Shown: positions 8,312 through 16,420, numbered from the stretch's first letter. The stretch: 48,500 nt of DNA from Deltaproteobacteria bacterium (GCA_016934455.1 JAFGSX010000608.1:1-48500), one strand, 5' to 3'. The notes: a model not told the origin generated them from the letters alone. Program-made: numbers and translations.

Positions 8312-10350
8312 ACCCGACCTGGCGACAGAGCCTGATCGCGCTGCTGGCGCTGGTCGCCATCCACGCACTGCTGTTCGCCCTGCCCGGCCCGGCGTTCAGC
8401 CCGGCCACCCACCTGGTGCTGTTTGCCGCCAATGCCTACGCCCTGTACTGCGCGCTGGCGGTGCTGCGGAAAAATTCGGCGCGCCAGCTCGGCCTGTTCG
8501 TCGCCGGCTACCTGGTGCTGTTCGTGCTGGTGATGGGCATCCTCGGCCGCAAGTCGCTGTTCGTGCTGCTGGTCGTGGTCTACGCCAGCCTGTTCGGATC
8601 GCCGCCGCTGCTGGGCTTTTTCGCGCTGTTCGTGCTCAGCTTCGTGGTGCTGCAGCCGTACGCCTTCGAGAGCTTCTTGCCGCTGGCCTTCGTCTACGCC
8701 GTGGTCTGGCGCAGCCGCCGCGCCTTCTCGCGCTTTGCCCTGGCATGCCTGGCGCTCGGGCTCACCGCGCTGGCGCTGCTGCTGCTGCCGCTGCTGCACC
8801 TGGTGCTGCAGGACTCGGTGCAGACGCTGTGGCGTACCCTCGGCCGCGCCGACGTGCAGCAGGCGCTCTGGACCAGCGTCGCCTCGTCGACGCTGGCCAC
8901 GCTGCTGGTCGCGCTGTGGGGGATCCCGCTCGCCTATGCCATGGCGCGCATCGACTTCTGGGGCAAGCGGGTGGTCGAGTCTCTGATCGATCTGCCGATC
9001 CTGGTCCCGCAGTCGGTGGCCGGAGTGGCGCTGATCGTGCTGCTCGGCCCGGGCAGCCCGCTCGGCCAGGCGCTCGACCGGCATCTCGGCATCCAGCTCG
9101 CAGGCCACTTGTTCGGCGTGGTCGTGGCCCAGGTCTTCGTCAGCGCACCGTTCCTGATCAAGAGCGCGCTCACCGCGTTCGAGGCCGTGCCGCCGCAGCT
9201 CGAGCAGGCCGCGCGCACCCTGGGCGCACCGTCGAGCGCGGCCTTCTGGCGCATCGCGCTGCCGCTGGCCAGCCGCGGCATCCTGGTCGGGCTGGCGCTG
9301 GCCTGGGCGCGCGCCATCAGCGAGTTCGGCGCCATCATCCTGTTCGCCAGCTCGCCGGCGACCGCCCCGGTCCTGGTCCATACCGAGTTCCTGCGCGCCG
9401 GCGCGTCCGAGAGCAGGCCGATCGCCACCCTGCTGCTGGTCATCTGCCTCTGGATCTTCGTCGTGCTGCAGTTCGGACAGACGCTGATGCCCTTTGCCTG
9501 GCGGCGCGCGGGTATGACCGGAGGGCCCGGCGGCCCTCCCCCGTCGAGGCAGAGCCGCGCCGGGGCCCCCACCCCGGCTCCGGCTTCGCCGGGAAGAGGT
9601 GTGCCGGTCTCGGCGTCGAGCGCCGGCATCGAGCTCGGCGGCGTGCAGCGCCGCTTCGGCGGCTTTGCGCTGCGCGACCTGTCGCTCGCCGTCGGCGCCG
9701 GCGAATACTGGGTCGTCCTCGGTCCGAGCGGCGCCGGCAAGTCGCTGCTGCTGCAGCTCGTCGCAGGCCTGATCGCACCCGACGCCGGCACCATCGCGAT
9801 CGCGAGCGTCGACGCCACGCGGCTGCCGCCGGAGCGACGCAACGTCGGGCTGGTGTTCCAGCAGTCGGCGCTGTTCCCGCACCAGAGCGTGCTAGAGAAC
9901 ATCGCCTTTGGCCTGCGCTACCGCCGCCTCGGGCGCGCCGAGCGCGACCGGCGCACGGCCGAGCTGGTCGAGCAGCTTGGGCTGCAGCCGATCCTCGAGC
10001 GACCGGTGGCGACCCTGAGCGGCGGCGAGGCGCAAAAGGTGGCCATCGCGCGCGCGCTGGCGATCCGGCCGGCGGCGCTGCTGCTCGACGAGCCGCTGGG
10101 GCCGATCGACCACAACGCCCGGCTCGAGCTGCAGGCCGAGCTGCGCCGGCTGCACGCGGAGCTCGGGTTCACCGCGCTGCACGTGACCCACTCGCGCGAC
10201 GAGGCGCGCGCGCTGGCCGACCACTGCGCGGTGATGCGCGACGGCGCGATCGAGCAGGCGGGCACCGTCGACGAGGTGTTCGCGCGACCGGCCAGTGACT
10301 TCGTGGCGGGCTTCCTCGGTCTCGGCGGCCCGGCCGCCGCCCGCGATTGA
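8308..10350 (+). CDS. Fused ABC importer permease-ATPase (ModB/WtpB-like TMD plus ModC/WtpC-like NBD) with an extra N-terminal membrane block
   Basis: ATG 8308 overlaps the wtpA stop (ATGA). 680 aa. About 150 aa of additional hydrophobic helices come first. The permease core follows, with an EAA loop (EQAARTLGAPSSAAFWRIALPLA), then a Pro/Gly linker (GGPGGPPPSRQSRAGAPTPAPASPG). The NBD has Walker A GPSGAGKS, signature LSGGEAQK and Walker B LLLDEP. The 7810 start in the ORF track lies inside the wtpA gene in another frame. Confidence 0.8.
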   Translation: MNPTWRQSLIALLALVAIHALLFALPGPAFSPATHLVLFAANAYALYCALAVLRKNSARQLGLFVAGYLVLFVLVMGILGRKSLFVLLVVVYASLFGSPPLLGFFALFVLSFVVLQPYAFESFLPLAFVYAVVWRSRRAFSRFALACLALGLTALALLLLPLLHLVLQDSVQTLWRTLGRADVQQALWTSVASSTLATLLVALWGIPLAYAMARIDFWGKRVVESLIDLPILVPQSVAGVALIVLLGPGSPLGQALDRHLGIQLAGHLFGVVVAQVFVSAPFLIKSALTAFEAVPPQLEQAARTLGAPSSAAFWRIALPLASRGILVGLALAWARAISEFGAIILFASSPATAPVLVHTEFLRAGASESRPIATLLLVICLWIFVVLQFGQTLMPFAWRRAGMTGGPGGPPPSRQSRAGAPTPAPASPGRGVPVSASSAGIELGGVQRRFGGFALRDLSLAVGAGEYWVVLGPSGAGKSLLLQLVAGLIAPDAGTIAIASVDATRLPPERRNVGLVFQQSALFPHQSVLENIAFGLRYRRLGRAERDRRTAELVEQLGLQPILERPVATLSGGEAQKVAIARALAIRPAALLLDEPLGPIDHNARLELQAELRRLHAELGFTALHVTHSRDEARALADHCAVMRDGAIEQAGTVDEVFARPASDFVAGFLGLGGPAAARD

Positions 10351-11541
10351 ATGGACGCTGCAGGGCGCACCATCTACAATTTTTCTGTGCGCGAACTGCG
10401 GCGATACCGACGCCCCGCCTCGGTGCTGGTGCTGGTCTCGGGACTCGGCCTGTCATGCTCCTTGTGCCGGCTCGATTCCAGCGCTGTCACCTGCGAACAC
10501 ACCATCGACTGTCCCGTCGGATATCGCTGCCACCCGGATCTGGGAATATGCATCGTCGACGAGACGCCGACCGCCGATGCCGCGGCGGGCGATGCCGCGG
10601 CGGGCGACAGCGCAGCGGCCGACGGCGGGGGGCTCGACCGTTGGCAGAGCGACCGCTGGGCCAGCGACCGAGAAACCCGCGACCGGTGGGCCAGCGACCA
10701 AATGGGGGACGGCGGCCAGAACCGCGACGTGGCGGCGGGCATCGACGCCGCGCTGACCGACCGCGAGAGCCCTGACAGCTCGCGCGCCGACGTCGCGATC
10801 GGCGATGCCGCCACCTCTTGCCCGGTCACCGTGACAATCGGGAGTTTTCAGCAAGTCGCGAGCGGCGTCCGGAAGCATTTCCCGGAGAGCTGGGATCTCA
10901 CCCGGGGCGACCTGATCCTGGCATTCACTTACGACGCCACCGGCATCATCGACGAGCCGCAGGGCGTGCGCACCTGGGCCGAGCTGGGCGTTCGCCAGTC
11001 CGGTGGCGAAGATTTCAACCCTGCGGAAGGCACCGGAGTGTGGATGGTGGCGAGCATCGATCAGACAGCAGGCACCCTCGATCCGGACCCGGTCAACCAG
11101 CCGAATCAAGATATGGACGACATCCTGGCGCTGCAGCGGAGAGGGGGTTACGATGTGGAGGATTACAACTTGCCAAGCTCGCCACCTGTTCCCGGCGACA
11201 ATCACCGGATCTGGTTCGACCGCGACGGCGTTGACCAGAACCAGGCGCACTATCCTGTCAACGTCGACGGGGGAACCTACAACACCGGCGGCATCTACGA
11301 CGTCGTAATCGCGCTGCACGCCACCGGCGCCACGACCGGGACCGCCTACATGACCGTCAACGGGTTGGCTCAGGGCTTCGAGACCGACGGCAACTGGAGT
11401 ACCATCGAGCTGACACCGGCCGGCATGATTTGGAGCGGCGACATGACCCGGATGCAGATCTTTTACTCGCTGGGGTGCAGCGGCGTCGCTTCGAGCGTTG
11501 CGTTCACTAGCCTCACGGTGACCGGATGCCTGGCGGAATAG
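10351..11541 (+). CDS. Secreted protein, paralog 1: Cys-knot, Asp-periodic linker and an unassigned ~235-aa C-terminal domain
   Basis: The ATG immediately follows the ABC gene stop (TGA-ATG). It has a hydrophobic N-terminus (VLVLVSGLGLSC), a Cys-knot (CEHTIDCPVGYRCHPDLGIC) and a (D-x4)n linker. The C-terminal domain is about 60% identical to the next gene and includes WDLTRGDL and the terminal TGCLAE. Confidence 0.8.
   Translation: MDAAGRTIYNFSVRELRRYRRPASVLVLVSGLGLSCSLCRLDSSAVTCEHTIDCPVGYRCHPDLGICIVDETPTADAAAGDAAAGDSAAADGGGLDRWQSDRWASDRETRDRWASDQMGDGGQNRDVAAGIDAALTDRESPDSSRADVAIGDAATSCPVTVTIGSFQQVASGVRKHFPESWDLTRGDLILAFTYDATGIIDEPQGVRTWAELGVRQSGGEDFNPAEGTGVWMVASIDQTAGTLDPDPVNQPNQDMDDILALQRRGGYDVEDYNLPSSPPVPGDNHRIWFDRDGVDQNQAHYPVNVDGGTYNTGGIYDVVIALHATGATTGTAYMTVNGLAQGFETDGNWSTIELTPAGMIWSGDMTRMQIFYSLGCSGVASSVAFTSLTVTGCLAE
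10576..10710 (+). repeat. 15-nt periodic coding repeat (GAY-N12)n encoding a D-x4 pentapeptide linker
   Basis: gatgccgcggcgggc occurs twice in perfect tandem (10576-10605). Degenerate 15-nt units follow, each starting with gac (DSAAA, DGGGL, DRWQS, DRWAS, DRETR, DRWAS, DQMGD). Confidence 0.85.
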
Positions 11542-12779
11542 CGGACGGCGCGGAGCGCGTCTTCGGTCGCGTCTGCGCCCCGGCGTTTGCGCTGGCCGCG
11601 CTGGTAGGCGGCGCCGGCTGCGACCTGGTCATCGCCTGGAGCGGCGGCGCCGGCCTGCGCTGCAGCGGGGACGAGGCGTGCGCCCCGGGACAGGCCTGCA
11701 TCGACCACGTCTGCCGGTCTCTGGATTGCGACTCCGACAGCGACTGCCCGGACGGATATCGATGTGGCAGCGGGGTCTGTGTCGTCTTCAGCAACAGCGA
11801 CGCGGCCCGACCAGACGCCAACACCTCCGACACCGGCATCGGAGATCGAACCGCGCCCGACGCCGTTGGAACCGACGCTATTGTACCCGACGCAGTTGTC
11901 TCCGACGCCATGGCAGCGGACGCCGGAGCAGCGGACCGGACCTCCGTCGACCGCCGCGACGCTGGCCGGTCCGATCACCAGATCGGCGACGCCGCGGACG
12001 CGGCAGCGGCGATCGATGCGGCGAGCCCGGACCAGGGATCGCCAGCCGATTCAGGGAACCCGTGCGCCGTCACGATCATTCTCGGGAGTTGCGATCTCGG
12101 CTGCGGCGTGGAGGGTCACTTTGCACCGATCTGGGATCTCACCCGGGGCGACCTGACGGTGCGATTCACCTATGACGCCACCGGCATCGAGGACGAGCCG
12201 GAGACCGCGCGCACCTGGGCCGAGCTGGGCGTGCGCCAGGTCGGCGGTGCCGACCATGACCCGAGCGGAGTCGGTGTCTGGCTGCACGCCATCATCGACG
12301 CCGCGGTCGGCACCCTCGATCCCGATCCCCCGGCCTCTCCGGTCTACGATCTCGACGACAGGCTGCTGCTCCAAAGGGGAGGCGTCGGCAATGAAGAGTG
12401 CTATGACCTGCCCGGCCCCGCTCCTTATCCCGGCAATAACCACTACATGTGGTTCGACCGCGACGGCGTGGATGCAACTCAGGCCAACTCGCCGCTCATG
12501 ATCGACGGCGGTAGCTACAATACCCAGGGCATCTACCAGGTATCGATCGCGCTCCACGCCACCGGCGCCACGACCGGTACCGCCTACCTGACAGTCAACG
12601 GGTTGAGCCAGGGATTCGAGGTCGACGGCAACTGGAATACCATCGAGCTGACGCCGGCGGGCATGACCTGGAGCGGCGACATGACCCAGATGCAGGTCTT
12701 TTACGGGCTGTTCTGCATCGACGCCAACTCGACCGTCGCTTTCAACGAGATCACGGCGACCGGCTGCCTCGCCGAATGA
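11526..12779 (+). CDS. Secreted protein, paralog 2 of the preceding gene
   Basis: Overlaps paralog 1 by 16 nt. It has a signal-like segment (FALAALVGGAGC), two Cys-knots (CSGDEACAPGQACIDHVC, CDSDSDCPDGYRCGSGVC), an Asp-periodic linker and the same C-terminal domain (WDLTRGDL ... IALHATGATTGTAY ... TGCLAE). Confidence 0.8.
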   Translation: MPGGIADGAERVFGRVCAPAFALAALVGGAGCDLVIAWSGGAGLRCSGDEACAPGQACIDHVCRSLDCDSDSDCPDGYRCGSGVCVVFSNSDAARPDANTSDTGIGDRTAPDAVGTDAIVPDAVVSDAMAADAGAADRTSVDRRDAGRSDHQIGDAADAAAAIDAASPDQGSPADSGNPCAVTIILGSCDLGCGVEGHFAPIWDLTRGDLTVRFTYDATGIEDEPETARTWAELGVRQVGGADHDPSGVGVWLHAIIDAAVGTLDPDPPASPVYDLDDRLLLQRGGVGNEECYDLPGPAPYPGNNHYMWFDRDGVDATQANSPLMIDGGSYNTQGIYQVSIALHATGATTGTAYLTVNGLSQGFEVDGNWNTIELTPAGMTWSGDMTQMQVFYGLFCIDANSTVAFNEITATGCLAE

Positions 12780-12863
12780 CGGGGGCCCGCGGCCTGCGTC
12801 ACGCCGCCCCTGGCCGGCGAGCGATCTGCTAGCATCCGGCCACCGCCGAGGAGATCCCCGCCC

Positions 12864-13925
12864 GTGCCCGATCGCATGCCGCTCGCCAAGCTGATCGACT
12901 CGCCCTTCATCTCGCTCGACGAGACCAACATCGAGATGGCGTCGATCCTGTTCCTGTTCGTGGTGGTCATCCTGGCGAACAACGTCGAGCGGCGGCGGCA
13001 GTTGGTCCGGCACCTGGTGCAGGCGGCCTCGATCGCGGTGTTCTTCCTGATCATCTACTCCTGCCTGGGCGTGTTCGGCATGATCCGCAACGGGCTGTAC
13101 GGCCTGACCCTGATCGGCACCGCCTACACCGAGTCTTTCTACTGGATGTCGCTGCCGGTGGTGGTGATCGCGTCGTGCCTGATCGCCGGCCCCGTCTTCT
13201 GCGGCTGGATCTGTCCCACCGGCACCATCCAGGAGCTGGCCTGCGCCATCCGTCGGCGCATCGTGCGCGACCGCGGCCGGCCCACGCGGCGGCAGCAGAT
13301 CGCGCTGGGCGCGGTGATGGCCCTCTTTCTCGGTTTCGTCGTCTGGTTGAGCGCGACCCGCAACCTGTTCATCGAGGACTCGAGCCTGCACTGGGGCAGC
13401 GCCCTGCTGCTGCTCTGCTACCTGGTGCTGATCGGGCTGATCGACGACCTGCCGACCCGGTCGATCCGGGTGGTGAGCCTGATCGCCATCGTCTTCACCA
13501 CCGTCTCGCACCTGGTGATCACGTCGCCGGTGCACTTCGCCTTCACCGCGCGCGACGACCCGGCCTCGGCCACCACCACCGTCATCATCTTCGTGGCCTC
13601 GCTGTTCGTGATGCGCGCCTGGTGCCGCTACCTGTGCCCGTGGGGCTACCTGATGGGTTTTTTGCACCGCTTCTCGCGGTTGCGGATCCAGATCGACCCG
13701 GCGCGCTGCAACCACTGCCGCACCTGCCACGGCGTGTGCGACACGGGCGCCATCGACGACGACGGTGTGCGGCAGGCGCACTGCCAGATGTGCTATGCCT
13801 GCGTCGACCATTGCCCGAGCAAGGCGTTCGAGGTGATCGATGTCTGGCGGGACCAGGGCGCTCTGCCTGCTGCTGTTGTCGGCGGCGGCAACAAGCCCGC
13901 GACCGGCGCCGGCGCAGCCGGCTGA
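12864..13925 (+). CDS. Membrane-bound 4Fe-4S polyferredoxin, NapH/NosR-like
   Basis: GTG start 9 nt after GAGGAG. It has multiple TM helices and two membrane-edge Cys motifs (CGWICPTGTIQE, CRYLCPWGYLMG). Two ferredoxin-type clusters follow (CNHCRTCHGVCD, CQMCYACVDHCP). Confidence 0.8.
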   Translation: MPDRMPLAKLIDSPFISLDETNIEMASILFLFVVVILANNVERRRQLVRHLVQAASIAVFFLIIYSCLGVFGMIRNGLYGLTLIGTAYTESFYWMSLPVVVIASCLIAGPVFCGWICPTGTIQELACAIRRRIVRDRGRPTRRQQIALGAVMALFLGFVVWLSATRNLFIEDSSLHWGSALLLLCYLVLIGLIDDLPTRSIRVVSLIAIVFTTVSHLVITSPVHFAFTARDDPASATTTVIIFVASLFVMRAWCRYLCPWGYLMGFLHRFSRLRIQIDPARCNHCRTCHGVCDTGAIDDDGVRQAHCQMCYACVDHCPSKAFEVIDVWRDQGALPAAVVGGGNKPATGAGAAG

Positions 13926-15321
13926 GATCGGACGCGGCGGCTGGCGGCAGAGCCGGGGCGACGCGCGCAACAGCGCTGTGGCGATCCTGTCCGCGCCGGC
14001 CAGCGACCCGGTGCGGAGCTGGACCTTCGAGGCCAGCGGCCGCGTGTTCGGTTTTTCCCCCAACATGACGGTCTGGTCATCGCCGGCGCTCGGCGCGATC
14101 GAGGGCCGCGCCGTGATCGCGGTCGGCAGCTACGACAAAAACGTCTACCTGCTGGATGCGGCCGACGGCAGCCTGCGCTGGAAGTTCACCACCGGCGGCG
14201 GCGTCTTCGCCGCGCCGGCCATCGAGGCGGTCGGCGATCGCAGCGCGCTGTTCGTGGCGTCGTCCGACCGGTTGCTCTACGCGCTGGACGGGGCGACCGG
14301 CCAGCGGCTGTGGATCCACTCGGTGCAGGACTACCAGCCGACCATCGGCGGCGCCCGGCTGGCCGCGCCGTGCGTGCTCGACGTCGCCGGTCAGCAGGTG
14401 GTGGTGCTCGCACACTGGGTCTGGGACCGCTCGCTGGCGCACAACCTGCAAGAGGCGGGCGTCAGCGCGCTCGATGCAGAGGGCGGCCGCCGACGCTGGC
14501 GCACGCTGCTCGGCGACAACGAGCTGACCGCGCCGCTCTGCGCCGAGGTCGCCGGCCAGCCGCGGCTGTTCGTGGGCTCCGCCAACGGCAATCTCTACGC
14601 CCTGGACGCGGCGACCGGAAAGCTGCTCTGGCAACACACCGAGCTCGACGCCATTCGCAGCCCGCCGGCGCTGGCGGCCGTCGGCGAGCGATGGCACCTG
14701 GTGCTGGCCTCCAAGTACGGCCTGGTGCGCGCGCTCGACGCGGTCAGCGGCGCCGAGATCTGGCGCTACAAGACCGGCGAGCGCATCACCGGCTCGCCGG
14801 CCATCGCGACCGTCCGCGGCCGAGATCTGGTCGTCATCGGCGCCTACGATCGCACGCTGTACGCGCTGGACCTGGGCAGCGGACAGCCGGTCTGGCGCTA
14901 CTGGGCGCGCGGCGGCATCTACGCCTCGCCGGCGCTGCTGATCGACGGCGACGGCGGCAGCGCGATCGCCGCCTCGTGGGACCACCACCTGCACGGCGTC
15001 TCGATCGTCGACGGCGAGCCGCAGTGGCTGGCCTACACCGGCCAGCCGCTGTGGGAGTCGCTGGCTTACGGCGAGAGCGCGTGGTCGTCACCGGCAGCGG
15101 CGCAAATCAACGGCCAGTGGATGGTCTTCGCCGGCTCCTACAGCGGCACGCTGTACGGCCTGCCGCTGAAGCAGATCGCCGGCAAGCGGCTGTTCGGCGG
15201 CCGCACCAACGCCGGCTTCTGGATCTCGCTGCCGCTGTCGGCGGCGGCCGTGCTCGGGCTGGCTCTGCTGCTGACCCGGATCGCGCGCCGCCGTCGCGGA
15301 TCCCCGGTCAGCGCCGCCTGA
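13840..15321 (+). CDS. PQQ-like (BamB-like) beta-propeller repeat protein with signal peptide and C-terminal TM anchor
   Basis: GAGGTG RBS 4 nt before the ATG. The signal peptide is MSGGTRALCLLLLSAAATSPRPAPA. Repeated ...YALDAATG.LLW... blades are present (LYALDGATGQRLW, LYALDAATGKLLWQ, VRALDAVSGAEIWRY, LYALDLGSGQPVWRY). The C-terminus has a TM helix followed by RRRR. Confidence 0.85.
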   Translation: MSGGTRALCLLLLSAAATSPRPAPAQPAEIGRGGWRQSRGDARNSAVAILSAPASDPVRSWTFEASGRVFGFSPNMTVWSSPALGAIEGRAVIAVGSYDKNVYLLDAADGSLRWKFTTGGGVFAAPAIEAVGDRSALFVASSDRLLYALDGATGQRLWIHSVQDYQPTIGGARLAAPCVLDVAGQQVVVLAHWVWDRSLAHNLQEAGVSALDAEGGRRRWRTLLGDNELTAPLCAEVAGQPRLFVGSANGNLYALDAATGKLLWQHTELDAIRSPPALAAVGERWHLVLASKYGLVRALDAVSGAEIWRYKTGERITGSPAIATVRGRDLVVIGAYDRTLYALDLGSGQPVWRYWARGGIYASPALLIDGDGGSAIAASWDHHLHGVSIVDGEPQWLAYTGQPLWESLAYGESAWSSPAAAQINGQWMVFAGSYSGTLYGLPLKQIAGKRLFGGRTNAGFWISLPLSAAAVLGLALLLTRIARRRRGSPVSAA

Positions 15322-16420
15322 GCCGCTCGACCAGCAGCCAGCCCAGCCACAGCGCCACCAGCAAGATCGGCACCGTGCCGTAGGCCAGGTACTGCACCCA
15401 CGACGGCTCCTGACGAAGCTGCACGGTGCCGATCGGGATCATGCCGCGATCCTCCGGCGTGATCCCCTCCCGGCTGTCGAGCCGCAGGTTGCAGGTGGCG
15501 ACCGGCGCGCCGGCCTCGGCCAGGGTGACGTCGAACCGATGCTTGCCGCGGGCCACGTCGGCGCGGCGCTCGACCGCCAGCGCGATGGTCACCATCTGGC
15601 CCGGGTAGAAGCGCTCGATGCGCGCGGGCGTGGCCACCGCCAGGCTGCCCGCGCTGTCGACGGCGACGGTCACATCGGACAGCGCGCGATCGGCCACGTT
15701 CCAGACGATCAGCTCGAGCCGGCCGCTCTGCTCGCGGACGCGCACGGTGTCCCTGGACGGGTAGACCATCACGGCGCCCGGCTTGCATTCGGCCACGCCG
15801 GTCATGGTGGCGGGCGTGGCGCCCGACGTGGCGCGGGCGTTGACGTTGGCGCCGCGGTCGAGCAGCGCCTTGGCCACGTCGCCGGTGCGGGCGTAGTGCA
15901 GCGGTGTCATGCCGCGCACGTCCCTGGTCTCGAGCGCAGCCCCGCGATCGAGCAGGGCCTGCGCGGTCTCGCGGTTGGCGGCCAGGTGCAGCGGCGTCAT
16001 GCTGTAGAAATCGGGCGCGTCGACCGGCGCGTCGGCCGCGAGCAGCGCTGTGACGACGGCAGCGTGGCCGCGCAGGCTGGCCCAGTGCAGCGGCGTCATG
16101 TCGTAGCGGCCGCGCGCTGCCACGTCGGCGCCGCGCTGCACGAGCAGCGCCGCCACCTCGGCGCGACCGGCGATGGCCGCGCGGTGCAGCGGCGTCCAGC
16201 CGTAGCAATCGCGCGCCTCGATCGGCGCGCCCTGATCGATCAGCGCCGTCGCCGACGCCGAATCGCCCGCCTGGGCCGCGCGGTGCAGCGGTGTGAGCAG
16301 CGGATCGCCGCCGTCCGTCGCCGGCGGCCGCGTCGCCGGGCAGGCGCCGTCGAGCAGCACAGCCAGCAGCAGTGCGCCCCGATAGCACGCACAGTGGCGA
16401 TCAAGCACCGACGGAGACAT
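15308..16420 (-). CDS. Ankyrin-repeat protein with Ig-like region and C-terminal TM anchor
   Basis: Five or six ankyrin units are visible (TPLHRAA..G, GWTPLHRAAIAGRAEVAALLVQRGADV, MTPLHWASLRGH, MTPLHLAA, MTPLHYA). A beta-rich segment follows, and the C-terminus is VPILLVALWLGWLLVERLRRR. Its 3' end overlaps the convergent gene by 14 nt. Confidence 0.85.
   Translation of the reverse strand: MSPSVLDRHCACYRGALLLAVLLDGACPATRPPATDGGDPLLTPLHRAAQAGDSASATALIDQGAPIEARDCYGWTPLHRAAIAGRAEVAALLVQRGADVAARGRYDMTPLHWASLRGHAAVVTALLAADAPVDAPDFYSMTPLHLAANRETAQALLDRGAALETRDVRGMTPLHYARTGDVAKALLDRGANVNARATSGATPATMTGVAECKPGAVMVYPSRDTVRVREQSGRLELIVWNVADRALSDVTVAVDSAGSLAVATPARIERFYPGQMVTIALAVERRADVARGKHRFDVTLAEAGAPVATCNLRLDSREGITPEDRGMIPIGTVQLRQEPSWVQYLAYGTVPILLVALWLGWLLVERLRRR

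Noticed and set aside
10351-12779. The tandem paralogs as a diversity-generating retroelement target/template pair.
   Set aside because: No reverse transcriptase is present in the window. Differences between the copies are spread over the whole domain and involve all base types rather than adenine-specific changes. The paralogs are two complete genes.
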